A stretch of 64,000 nt of DNA from Staphylococcus phage vB_SauM-UFV_DC4. A program made the position numbers and the translations under genes. Under the pieces are notes generated by a model, which did no database searches, was not told the origin of the DNA, and was given only the letters and a program-made list of their open reading frames with translations. The stretch is taken from the sequence record MZ779063.1; one strand, written 5' to 3'. How positions within the stretch are numbered: position 1 is the stretch's first letter; every line of letters begins with the position of its first letter. Of this stretch, positions 48,802 through 57,870 are shown piece by piece.

Positions 48802-50052
48802 GTGTCAGATATTATGTTAACAAATTTTAAAGATCATTTACACAGAGGCGGAAACCTTTCAGTTTCAATTTATACTTTATTTACTAGAAAGAATAAAAAT
48901 ACTGGTAATGCTATTAATGGTGAGTATATTAACACGTATCAATCAAGTCAATATAACGGTGTTCCTTTCTTAAGTGAAATTGAAAATAATGGTAATCATT
49001 ATATTTCTTTCTCTTATAACAAATTTCAACAAGGTCAAGCACCTATTCGTGAAGATGTATTAATTAGTTATCCACATTTACAAGAATTTAATAATTTCTT
49101 AAAAGCAACTTATACAAGTATTAGTGAGAATTTTAATAATATTTTCTCTAATAATCAAGTTAATCCAGATTATCAACAACATATTTGGCAATCACCAAAA
49201 TTAGTATCTGGTAAAGAAATTGCTATTGCTCCTGCAGTAATTCAAAATAATAGAACTAATAATTTTGAAATTGGTTTTAATATTATGGTAAATGATACTA
49301 ATAAATATGATTTTGTATCAGCTAATACATTTATCAGTTTAGTTAATTTATTAGTTAGAATTACTAATGATCCATTAACATTCAGAAATCAATGTGTGCA
49401 AGCAGAAATGCAAGCTAAAGAAATTGAAAATAATCAACTATTAAAAGGATTATTAAGAGCTCAAGGTTTACCTACAGACATGAGTAATCATCATATGGAT
49501 GAAAAATCAGCTCAAGGCAATGCTCCACGTAATAATAACTTTAATAACAACAATGGTGGAGGTTTCAATAATAATAATAATCAATTCGGTAATTTCGGTG
49601 GTAATAAAGGAAATTTTAACCAAGCTCCACAACAACAAAATAACTTTAATCAACAGCAACAGAGTCAACCTCAAGGAAATCCTTTTGGAAATTTTAATCA
49701 ACCTCAACCACAACAGAATCAACAACCAGCACAACAAAATGATAACCCTTTTAATGTAAGTCAACAACCAGTACAACAAAGTAGTAGTAATCCATTTGAT
49801 GCTGGTCAAACGGATCAAATTAGTGATGATGATTTACCATTTGAAACTAAAGAAACACCACAACAAGATGATAGACAAATTGATAAATCTAACATGTTTA
49901 AAGATGCTGAAGTTAACAAAGAATCAGGTTCTTTAGAAGACTTATCAAATACAGTAAATAATGAAAGTGAAGGTAAAGCTAGTTCTTTACTAGATGATTT
50001 CATTAAAAAAGGTAAAGAATCAGAACAAGAAGATGATGATTTAGGAATTTAA
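48802..50052 (+). CDS. SSB-like protein candidate: folded N-terminal part, Q/N/G/P-rich linker, acidic DDDLPF-type tips
   Basis: about 100-aa N/Q/G/F low-complexity linker (FGNFGGNKGNFNQAPQQQ...), then DDDLPF (nt 49825-49842) and a terminal EDDDLGI, reminiscent of the bacterial SSB disordered linker plus DDDIPF tip. Confidence 0.35.
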   Translation: MSDIMLTNFKDHLHRGGNLSVSIYTLFTRKNKNTGNAINGEYINTYQSSQYNGVPFLSEIENNGNHYISFSYNKFQQGQAPIREDVLISYPHLQEFNNFLKATYTSISENFNNIFSNNQVNPDYQQHIWQSPKLVSGKEIAIAPAVIQNNRTNNFEIGFNIMVNDTNKYDFVSANTFISLVNLLVRITNDPLTFRNQCVQAEMQAKEIENNQLLKGLLRAQGLPTDMSNHHMDEKSAQGNAPRNNNFNNNNGGGFNNNNNQFGNFGGNKGNFNQAPQQQNNFNQQQQSQPQGNPFGNFNQPQPQQNQQPAQQNDNPFNVSQQPVQQSSSNPFDAGQTDQISDDDLPFETKETPQQDDRQIDKSNMFKDAEVNKESGSLEDLSNTVNNESEGKASSLLDDFIKKGKESEQEDDDLGI

Positions 50053-50136
50053 GAATTAAATAATATATGGTCTAATATGGATAAATATCTGTATTAGATC
50101 ATATATACCTTTTATTTTTTATAAAAAATAAATAAA

Positions 50137-50988
50137 GTGAGTGAATATTATATGGCAAATAAAAAGGATCTAAGTGAGTTAGAAAGAATTATAAGTAGTA
50201 TGGACACTATTGACGTTAGAGAAGTTTTTAAAGATGTAAGAAGTTCAGATAATGTTAATGAAGAAGATGATCTAAATTCATCTAAATACAAAGGCGATAT
50301 TAAAGGTTTAGTAACTAAAGAAGAGTATGAAAATCTTCCTTATTTAGGTAAACGTGCTATTCAGTTTATGGAAAATATTGCAGCTGATAAAGAAAATTTA
50401 GATTTTGAATCTTATTTTGAAAGATATGCAAAAGCATATGGTAAAGATGAAATTGATTCATTTAAAAACACTATGTATAGACTTAAAAGTAGTAAGGTTT
50501 TTACAATACAATCATTAATGACGATTACCGAAGCTATTGACTATAAAGTTCATATAATAACTGAAGAATTTAAAGGTATGGATGAATTAAGATTATATGA
50601 ACCTAAAAGAAAAGTTAAATCTTCTAGATTTATGGGTAAATTAAATTTTGATTTAATGCCAGATGTTATATATGAAGACTTTATATTGGAGTTTGTAGAG
50701 TTTTTAGAAGAATTAGGAAAAGAAGGATATACATTTGAAATGTTATTTGGAGAACTTGAAAATAATTCTGATGAGAAAAATCCTATAAGCAAAATTAAAT
50801 CATCTATGGATAAAATGATTAAACAAGGTAAACTAACTTGGAAAACTATGGAAACTATAACAGAGTCTCTAGGTATGAGTATCAAAGTTGATTTTATAAA
50901 AGAAGTTATTGACACTGATGAAGTTAATAAAATTGATGCATCTAATCAAATACATCTAGAAGATGATAATATAATTCATAAAAAATAA
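50137..50988 (+). CDS. hypothetical protein (283 aa)
   Basis: ORF; ATG at 50152 after a GTGAGTG RBS is the likely true start. Confidence 0.45.
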   Translation: MSEYYMANKKDLSELERIISSMDTIDVREVFKDVRSSDNVNEEDDLNSSKYKGDIKGLVTKEEYENLPYLGKRAIQFMENIAADKENLDFESYFERYAKAYGKDEIDSFKNTMYRLKSSKVFTIQSLMTITEAIDYKVHIITEEFKGMDELRLYEPKRKVKSSRFMGKLNFDLMPDVIYEDFILEFVEFLEELGKEGYTFEMLFGELENNSDEKNPISKIKSSMDKMIKQGKLTWKTMETITESLGMSIKVDFIKEVIDTDEVNKIDASNQIHLEDDNIIHKK

Positions 50989-50996
50989 AATATATC

Positions 50997-51036
50997 CCCT
51001 AACCTTATTAATTTAAGGTTAGGGGAATTTATATCA
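50997..51036. terminator. bidirectional rho-independent terminator
   Basis: CCCCTAACCTTA...TAAGGTTAGGGG hairpin plus a T8 run, between convergent genes. Confidence 0.65.
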
Positions 51037-51042
51037 TTTTTT

Positions 51043-52713
51043 TTATTCTGTAGCTTCTTCTTCTGGAGATTCTTCTACTTGTGAAGTAGAAATATTAATA
51101 TTAATATCTTTACTTATACTGTCAGAAATAACATTAACTTTAGCAGTTCCTGCAGCTTTAGCAGTCACGAGTCCATCGTTATTAACTGAAGCAAATTCAG
51201 AACCTTCAGTAATAGAATAACTTACAGGGTTTCCTTTAGGATCTGTAGTTACATTTAATTGTTGAGTTTCATTGTCTTTCATATCAATACTATCAGGAGT
51301 AACTGTTAGACTTTTAGTCTTTACTCTAGTTACATTAACATTAACTGTCTTACTAATAGAATCAGAACTTACTTTAACTTTAGCAGTTCCTACAGTTTTA
51401 GCAGTTACAAGACCACTATCATTAACTGAAGCAAATTCAGATCCTTCAGTAATAGAATAACTTACATTGTTTGTAGATGGTTGAATTTTAACGTCTAACT
51501 GTTGAGTTGATTCTGCATCTATGTTAACTTCTTCTGGAGTAACAGTTAGACTTTTAGTCTTTAAACGACTTACATTAACTTCTACATTTTTAGAAACATT
51601 GTCTGATTTAACTGTCACATTTGCAGTTCCTTCAGAAATACCAGTAATATTTCCTTTATTATCTAATGAAGCAAATTCAGAACCGTCTTTTAATTCAAAG
51701 CTTACTTTTCTTCCTTCAGGTTCAGTAGTAACTTCTAATTTTTGAGTTTCTTCTGCTTCAATATTAACTGTCTCTGGAGTAACAGTTAAGCTTTTAGTTT
51801 GATTGATACTTTCAAATTTTCCGTTTTTAGGATTATAAACGGAATATTCAATTTTTTTATCAATTTCGTTTTGTACTGTTTCTTCACTTAATATGCGAAT
51901 ATTGAAATTAACAATATTATCTTGAATACTTCTCTCATGTACTTTAACTAAGACTTCACCAGTTTTACTAAAGAATAATAAACGATTTTTATCTGATTGG
52001 TATCTAGCATAACTTTCATCACTAATATTTACAGATAATAATTGTAAAAGGTTTTCTTTAGCTACAGGAGTAACTTCTTTAGTATCGAAATCTTTATAAC
52101 CTAAGATTTTATCTAAAGGTAAAACAGATTCTTTAAGAACGTTAATATCTTGTTGTAATTGAACAAGACGTCCTGTAAATTTACCGTATTCTTTAACTTT
52201 AATAAAGATTGAATCTTTAACACGTTCAAAGATATTTTTATGTCCTTCAGAAATAGCAATATCATACTTTTCTGAAGCATCTTTAGGGAAGTATAATTTA
52301 AGTTCATATTCTTCATTAACTTCTAAATCAGAAGTAGGTAAACTTAAAATTTCAGATTTAACATCTTTAGCAGTATAAGTTTTAACTACAGACTTATCTG
52401 AAAGTTTGATTAAGTCAAATTTTAATAATCCCAATACATCACGAGCATCTACAGGATTAATATAGAAAGGTACATTAATAAACTTACCAGTTTCTCCTTC
52501 AGATTTGAAGTAAACTGTTCTTCTATCATATTTAATTTTACCAGTTTCAGGAAGAGGTTGAACATCAGTAACAGTCCAACCAGCTTGTTTTAAGCTAGCT
52601 AGATCATTACTAGAAAGAATAACGTTTTCACGAGGTCCACGTTCACCTAAACCTAAAAATGGAATTAATTTTTCATCTAATAATTTTACTTTAAAGTAGT
52701 TAGTAGTAGCCAT
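51043..52713 (-). CDS. virion structural protein with three C-terminal Big_2 (bacterial Ig-like) repeats
   Basis: three roughly 79-aa repeats TKSLTVTPE...GSEFAS...GTAKV(N/K)V.SD (nt 51085-51798). Confidence 0.6.
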   Translation of the reverse strand: MATTNYFKVKLLDEKLIPFLGLGERGPRENVILSSNDLASLKQAGWTVTDVQPLPETGKIKYDRRTVYFKSEGETGKFINVPFYINPVDARDVLGLLKFDLIKLSDKSVVKTYTAKDVKSEILSLPTSDLEVNEEYELKLYFPKDASEKYDIAISEGHKNIFERVKDSIFIKVKEYGKFTGRLVQLQQDINVLKESVLPLDKILGYKDFDTKEVTPVAKENLLQLLSVNISDESYARYQSDKNRLLFFSKTGEVLVKVHERSIQDNIVNFNIRILSEETVQNEIDKKIEYSVYNPKNGKFESINQTKSLTVTPETVNIEAEETQKLEVTTEPEGRKVSFELKDGSEFASLDNKGNITGISEGTANVTVKSDNVSKNVEVNVSRLKTKSLTVTPEEVNIDAESTQQLDVKIQPSTNNVSYSITEGSEFASVNDSGLVTAKTVGTAKVKVSSDSISKTVNVNVTRVKTKSLTVTPDSIDMKDNETQQLNVTTDPKGNPVSYSITEGSEFASVNNDGLVTAKAAGTAKVNVISDSISKDININISTSQVEESPEEEATE

Positions 52714-52736
52714 TCTTAGAATTCACTTTCCTTTCT

Positions 52737-53288
52737 TTATTTTTCTAATAGTAAATCAATTAAATCTTGTTTACGAGCATTTTTATTATACTCAATTCCT
52801 TTAGAATCTAATTCTTCTTTAAGCTCAGCTACAGTGAATTCATTTAAATCTTCTTCTGTAACCTCAACTTCTTCAGAATCTTTTTCTTCTACTTTCTTAT
52901 CTTCTTTTTCATCGATAGTAGAAGCTTCTTCTTCAGAACTTTGTTCTTCTTTAGTTTCTTCTTTTACTTCGTCTGATACTTCGCTATCTGTTCCTTCATC
53001 CACTTGCTTCTCTTTGCTGCTGCTTTGTTTTTCTTGTGATTGCGTATCATTTGATTCAGAAACTGTTTCATTTTTATCTTCACTTTTATCTTCTTTTTTA
53101 TTTGATTTATCGCTTGGATATACATAGTCTTCATCAACAATTGTTACTTGTAAACCTAAACGTCTAAATAAACGAATTTGTGAACCTGAAGCACGGAAAG
53201 GTTTAACAAAAGGACCTTTACCTTTACCAGGTACAAATGCTTTTTCATTAATAATAATGAAATTATTATCTTCATTGAAATTTAACAT
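52737..53288 (-). CDS. acidic protein with C-terminal SAP/Rho-N-like helix-extension-helix motif
   Basis: C-terminal FTVAELKEELDSKGIEYNKNARKQDLIDLLL; central S/E/K-rich acidic region; N-terminal VPGKGKGPFVKP motif shared with the tail fibre. Confidence 0.45.
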   Translation of the reverse strand: MLNFNEDNNFIIINEKAFVPGKGKGPFVKPFRASGSQIRLFRRLGLQVTIVDEDYVYPSDKSNKKEDKSEDKNETVSESNDTQSQEKQSSSKEKQVDEGTDSEVSDEVKEETKEEQSSEEEASTIDEKEDKKVEEKDSEEVEVTEEDLNEFTVAELKEELDSKGIEYNKNARKQDLIDLLLEK

Positions 53289-53331
53289 AAATTAGTAATC
53301 TCCTTTACCATATTTTATTTTATAAATAAAA

Positions 53332-53365
53332 GTTAAGGAAGGATCTTATAAAAATCCTTCTTAAC
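53332..53365 (-). terminator. hairpin terminator overlapping the CHAP lysin stop
   Basis: GTTAAGGAAGGATC...(GA)TCCTTCTTAAC inverted repeat. Confidence 0.45.
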
Positions 53366-54158
53366 TAAATGTTCCCCATGCGTTACCAATACGTTGTCCT
53401 TTACCATTTGATTTACCAATTGGCACGTATACATATTGTCCCTTAAATTTACCTGAAACCCAGATAAGACCATCAAAGTCTTGGATTTCTTCGTATTTAA
53501 TAGAGTCGCCTTTTTTCATGAATGGACCTGTAGGCCATCCAGTCCATGGACCATTTTTACGAGTAATAATTCCTGAAGCAACATTACATTTGAAAGTAGC
53601 TTTTTCAGTTTTCCATAGAATACCTGCTGAATTACGTTTCCATTTAGCAGATGTAACAGCTTTCTTAGGAGCTGCTTTCTTAACTACTTTTTTCTTAGGA
53701 GCTGCTTTCTTAGTAGTTGCTTTTTTAGTAGCTGTACTACTAAAGGCTGGACGAATTACTCCCCAAAATCCTGTATAATCATGGAATACTTTAGCTGCAG
53801 GTGAACCATTGCTACCTGCGTTAAACCAGTTTTGGTCAACTGAATAGAAATTGTTTAAGTTAGCTGAAGTAATAATACCTGTATGACCATAAACATCATA
53901 TGGAGGATTAGCCCAAATAGCTATATCTCCTGGTTGAGGTAAGAATGATGGAGTATTTTTAATAAGTTTCCATCCTGAAGGCATTGTATTATCTTTAAGA
54001 TCTTTAGCATTACCCCAAGGCCAGAATTTTCCATCAGTTAAATAGTGACAATAACCAATAGTCAAATCCATACATTGAGCACCATAAGCTCCATCCATGT
54101 CAAGTCTACGACCAATACGATTATTAACCCAATTCAAAGCTTGAGTTTTAGTTTTCAT
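53361..54158 (-). CDS. endolysin: CHAP peptidase plus SH3b (SH3_5) cell-wall-binding domain
   Basis: CHAP motifs GAYGAQCMDL and YGHTGII; K/T/A-rich linker; C-terminal SH3_5-like WKRNSAGILWKTEKATFKC...GKFKGQYVYVP. Confidence 0.8.
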   Translation of the reverse strand: MKTKTQALNWVNNRIGRRLDMDGAYGAQCMDLTIGYCHYLTDGKFWPWGNAKDLKDNTMPSGWKLIKNTPSFLPQPGDIAIWANPPYDVYGHTGIITSANLNNFYSVDQNWFNAGSNGSPAAKVFHDYTGFWGVIRPAFSSTATKKATTKKAAPKKKVVKKAAPKKAVTSAKWKRNSAGILWKTEKATFKCNVASGIITRKNGPWTGWPTGPFMKKGDSIKYEEIQDFDGLIWVSGKFKGQYVYVPIGKSNGKGQRIGNAWGTFS

Positions 54159-54256
54159 ATTTTATTCAAACCCTTTCGATAATTTTTATTTATTTCTTTA
54201 TATTTAGTTGTTCTTTTATAAAAATAATATGTTTCATAATAGTATAAAAATATATA

Positions 54257-54287
54257 CCCTAACGAATCTTTAATATGATCGTTAGGG
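54257..54287 (-). terminator. hairpin between the two lysin genes
   Basis: CCCTAACGA...TCGTTAGGG inverted repeat. Confidence 0.45.
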
Positions 54288-54323
54288 TATATAAAATTAT
54301 AATTTAAATTATAGAATCATTTA

Positions 54324-55274
54324 TTAGCTAAATGTTCCCCATGCTGGACCAATACGTTTACCGTTACCATTTGATTTACCCACTGGTACGTATACATATT
54401 GTCCCTTAAATTTACCTGAAACCCAAATATATCCGTTAAAATCTTGGATTTCATCATATTTAATAGTGTCACCTTTAGACATACGAGGACCTTGAGGCCA
54501 TCCAGTCCATGGACCATTTTTACGAGTAATAATTCCTACAGATACACCACATTTGAAAGTAGCTTTTTCAGTTTTCCATAGAATACCTGCTGAATTACGT
54601 TTCCAAGTAGTTGAAGTTTCAGTACTTGTTTTCTTAGGTTTAGCAGGTGCTTTAGTTGTAGTAGTAGATTTAGTCGCTGTTGAAGTTTTAGCTGTAGAAG
54701 TAGCACCATTTTTCATATAAGCTAGAACCTTTTTATCTACATTAGAAACACTACGAGACATACCGCATGCAGCTAATAAGTTACCTGGATCTTGTTTGTC
54801 TGCTTGAATATCTTGATGACCTGGCATATTTGTACTTGCATTAACTTTATATTCTTTACATAAGAAAGCAAGAATACGACAATAGTTATCAAATGATTTT
54901 AATGAACGACTTCTATTAGAGAAGTAACATCCTTCAACACCAATAGCACCGTCATTAGCATCAATACCATACCAAGCATTATCAGTTGGTGTATTATACA
55001 TAACATGCCATGCTTTTTCATCTAAAGGAACACAAATAATACATTCTTTATCATCAACAAAAATATGAGCTGATGCTGTATAGTTCCAATCGATATTATA
55101 TGAATTACGATAGTAATCAACATTATTTTGAGCTGTTGTGTTAGGGTTTCCTGTGTCATGAGCAACAATAAATTTAGGTCCGTTAAGCTTATCTCCAGCT
55201 CTACGAGTACCTATTGGTAAAAAATCAGTATAAACAGGAACACCGTTCCATGTACCGATATGTTTTTTAGCCAT
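54324..55274 (-). CDS. endolysin: N-acetylmuramoyl-L-alanine amidase (Amidase_2/PGRP) plus SH3b (SH3_5)
   Basis: Amidase_2-like N-terminus (KFIVAHDTGNPNTTAQNNVDYY...); T/S/K linker; C-terminal SH3_5 module about 80% identical to that of the CHAP lysin. Confidence 0.8.
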   Translation of the reverse strand: MAKKHIGTWNGVPVYTDFLPIGTRRAGDKLNGPKFIVAHDTGNPNTTAQNNVDYYRNSYNIDWNYTASAHIFVDDKECIICVPLDEKAWHVMYNTPTDNAWYGIDANDGAIGVEGCYFSNRSRSLKSFDNYCRILAFLCKEYKVNASTNMPGHQDIQADKQDPGNLLAACGMSRSVSNVDKKVLAYMKNGATSTAKTSTATKSTTTTKAPAKPKKTSTETSTTWKRNSAGILWKTEKATFKCGVSVGIITRKNGPWTGWPQGPRMSKGDTIKYDEIQDFNGYIWVSGKFKGQYVYVPVGKSNGNGKRIGPAWGTFS

Positions 55275-55342
55275 AAAAAATTTCCTCCTTGATATTTATA
55301 TTACTAATTAAAGTAATTTCTATATTTAAGTGTTCTATATTT

Positions 55343-57691
55343 TTAATACTTGATTTCTGTAGATACGATTAATTTATTTTGATATCTTCCACCTCTAGTA
55401 TAAACTTTACTATCAGCGTCACCTACATTAATACTATTTTCAGATCCATAACCTATACATTCATCTAAGAATAAATTACCTCCTGATGAAGCTTGGAAGT
55501 CTTTTCCTTGATAACTTTCAAATGCGATACATCCTAAATTCCACGATTGTGTACCTTCATTTACATCAGCTACATTACCTCCATCATTTCTTCCATATAT
55601 ACCATTTATTCTAATGATTTTTAAACCTTCATGAGTAGTTGATCCGTTATTTGATTTAACGCCATTCAATCCTTTATCAGTTCCATTATCCATTCCTATA
55701 CAATTAATTTCTATTATATTAGGTTTAGAACCATCAGCTCCAATATGGTAATTTAAACCGTCAAAACTATTATAATTACCTTTACAGCTATCAAGAATAA
55801 TATCTTTTCCACCAACAATAGCAAGACCATTGTAATTTGAAGCAGAATGATAAAAATTACATTTCTTAAAGAATGCACTATTATTTGAAGTTAAATTCAA
55901 TTCAACACAGTTTCTTCCACCATATATATTTAAATTTTCAAAATATATATTCGAAGCTAGACTTGTTAACTGTATATTTGAAGAAGATATTAAAGGTATT
56001 ACATTACTATTTGAAGGTTTATTATCATTAATATTTGAATAAACTTTAGTACCATCAGTAAACCATGAATTAGGCGTGCTTTCAACTTCATCAATACTAT
56101 TTACTTTCTTTATATCAATACTATTATCTAGAGTTACAACTTTATCGGTAGAAGATCTACTAAATTCATAAGTTCTATTTTTATCAGAAGTTAGTGTCCA
56201 TGAAGGTTCATCAGCCATAATAATATTCACATTATTACCTGTACCTATTATATTAATACTCTTATTAAATGCTTTTGTAATTAATGTACCGCCTATTCTA
56301 AAATAGTTACCATCAGCAACCATAATTGTATCATTATCATTGACTTTAGGTATTGCTACTTTAAAAGATTTAAATGGTTTTTCATTAGATAAACCGTCAT
56401 TAGAATCATTGCCATTAACAGAATCTAAATAGTAGGTAGTTCCACCTGTAAGTCTATTAACGGTTATATCATATTTTACATCAAAAGTGCCTTTTCCATC
56501 AGTAACAATTCTATTTTTTAATATTTCATTACCATAATTGAAATCATTAGGTTTTCTAACTGTTATTGGAAGTGTAGGTGCATAATTACCATCAAGACCG
56601 GGTAAACCTTGTAGACCTTGACTTCCAATTTGTCCAGTATCCCCTTTTTCACCTTTTAATCCATTTAACTGTTCTTCAGTAAAATCAGAGTACTCGAAAG
56701 GATTTCCTTTTTCACCTTTTAATAGATCTAATTGTTCTTGAGTAAAATCAGAATATTCAAAAGGGTCACCTTTTTCACCTTTTAACTCAGATAACTGTTC
56801 TTGAGTAAAATCAGAGTACTCGAAAGGATCTCCTTTTAATCCATTTAACTGCTCTTCAGTAAAATCAGAGTATTTGAAGGGGTCGCCTTTAGGACCTTGC
56901 ATACCTGGATCACCTTTATACATCTCAGCATTTTCTACCATGTAATTCTTAAGATTTTCTTTATAATCTAATAATTTATTTTCAAAATCTTCTATTTTAC
57001 TGTTAAATGAATCTTGTGCTAATTTTAATTCTTCAGATTTATCTTTTATGAGATTTAATTTTTCTTCAACTTTAACTACATCATTTTCCATATTCTTAAC
57101 ATAGTTTGTAGTCTCACTAAGTTTTTCCATTTCATCATTAAGACTCATTGTATTGTTATAATTACTATTGAATTGTTCTCTTACAGTTTCAAAATCAGAT
57201 AGAGTATTTTTCATATTACTCAATTTGTTATTCATATCTTCTATTGTTGAAATTACTTCTTCTTTTTCAGATTTTAAATCTAATTTTTTATCTTCAATAC
57301 TATATTTAAAACTATCTAGCTCACTCAAATATGAATTAAGATTATCATCATCAATTAAATTTTCTTTGATTAAGTTAAGTTTTTCTCCTGCTTTTTCATT
57401 AATATTATTTATATCAGTAGATATTATTTTTATTTGTTTAAAAGCTTCATTCACTTGAAGATATTTCTGTTTTATAAAATCTTCAATAGAGAAATAATCA
57501 GCTACGTCATATTCTCCATCTGAATTTAAATCAACATATTCATTTTTATTTACCTTTACATATTGAATATTCATTAAATCATAATAATCTAATGTATTTC
57601 TATCAACATAATAAGGTTTATTTATAGGTCCCATACCTTTACCTGGAATATAAGTTTTTTGAGGAACTATAATTAGTATACTATCTTCCAT
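55343..57691 (-). CDS. tail fibre / receptor-binding protein with collagen-like region and beta-helix (pectin-lyase-like) C-terminal domain
   Basis: 4x 21-aa tandem repeat [21 protein letters not shown] plus Gly-X-Y triplets (nt 56588-56920); C-terminal N/G/S/T-rich region typical of parallel beta-helices. Confidence 0.6.
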   Translation of the reverse strand: MEDSILIIVPQKTYIPGKGMGPINKPYYVDRNTLDYYDLMNIQYVKVNKNEYVDLNSDGEYDVADYFSIEDFIKQKYLQVNEAFKQIKIISTDINNINEKAGEKLNLIKENLIDDDNLNSYLSELDSFKYSIEDKKLDLKSEKEEVISTIEDMNNKLSNMKNTLSDFETVREQFNSNYNNTMSLNDEMEKLSETTNYVKNMENDVVKVEEKLNLIKDKSEELKLAQDSFNSKIEDFENKLLDYKENLKNYMVENAEMYKGDPGMQGPKGDPFKYSDFTEEQLNGLKGDPFEYSDFTQEQLSELKGEKGDPFEYSDFTQEQLDLLKGEKGNPFEYSDFTEEQLNGLKGEKGDTGQIGSQGLQGLPGLDGNYAPTLPITVRKPNDFNYGNEILKNRIVTDGKGTFDVKYDITVNRLTGGTTYYLDSVNGNDSNDGLSNEKPFKSFKVAIPKVNDNDTIMVADGNYFRIGGTLITKAFNKSINIIGTGNNVNIIMADEPSWTLTSDKNRTYEFSRSSTDKVVTLDNSIDIKKVNSIDEVESTPNSWFTDGTKVYSNINDNKPSNSNVIPLISSSNIQLTSLASNIYFENLNIYGGRNCVELNLTSNNSAFFKKCNFYHSASNYNGLAIVGGKDIILDSCKGNYNSFDGLNYHIGADGSKPNIIEINCIGMDNGTDKGLNGVKSNNGSTTHEGLKIIRINGIYGRNDGGNVADVNEGTQSWNLGCIAFESYQGKDFQASSGGNLFLDECIGYGSENSINVGDADSKVYTRGGRYQNKLIVSTEIKY

Positions 57692-57870
57692 ACTATATTT
57701 CCACTCCTTTAAATTTGATCTGTAAAATCCCCCTAATATATTTTTAAATCGATGATTATTCTATTCTTATAATTATTGGCTCATCGTTTAAAGTTATATA
57801 TTAGGGGAACTAATTTTAGTCGAAAAAACTAACGAAAATTAATTTTTATTATATAATAATGTTATAAATT

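Noticed and set aside
49499-50003. Overlapping ORFs on both strands within the Q/N-rich region of the SSB-like gene
   Set aside because: These are products of the repetitive CAA/AAT DNA. The plus frame encoding the Q/N linker is continuous with a clear N-terminal domain and RBS.
51272-51745. Two plus-strand ORFs (62 and 74 aa) in the structural block
   Set aside because: They lie inside the Big_2 tandem repeats of the minus-strand gene 51043-52713. The repeat periodicity creates open antisense frames.
52834-53778. Plus-strand ORFs 52834-53127 and 53518-53778
   Set aside because: They are antisense to the acidic SAP-like protein and the CHAP lysin. They consist of serine-rich or K/A-linker mirror sequences.
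56588-56920. Regular 63-bp direct repeats, considered as a possible CRISPR-like or regulatory array
   Set aside because: The repeats are in-frame coding repeats of the tail-fibre gene (4x a 21-aa unit). They have no spacers, so this is not CRISPR.
57692-57870. Long-range inverted repeat CCCCTAATATAT...ATATATTAGGGG in the gap upstream of the tail-fibre gene
   Set aside because: The arms are about 50 nt apart, so this is not a standard terminator. It could be a regulatory site, but with only a single copy here I could not support a specific call.
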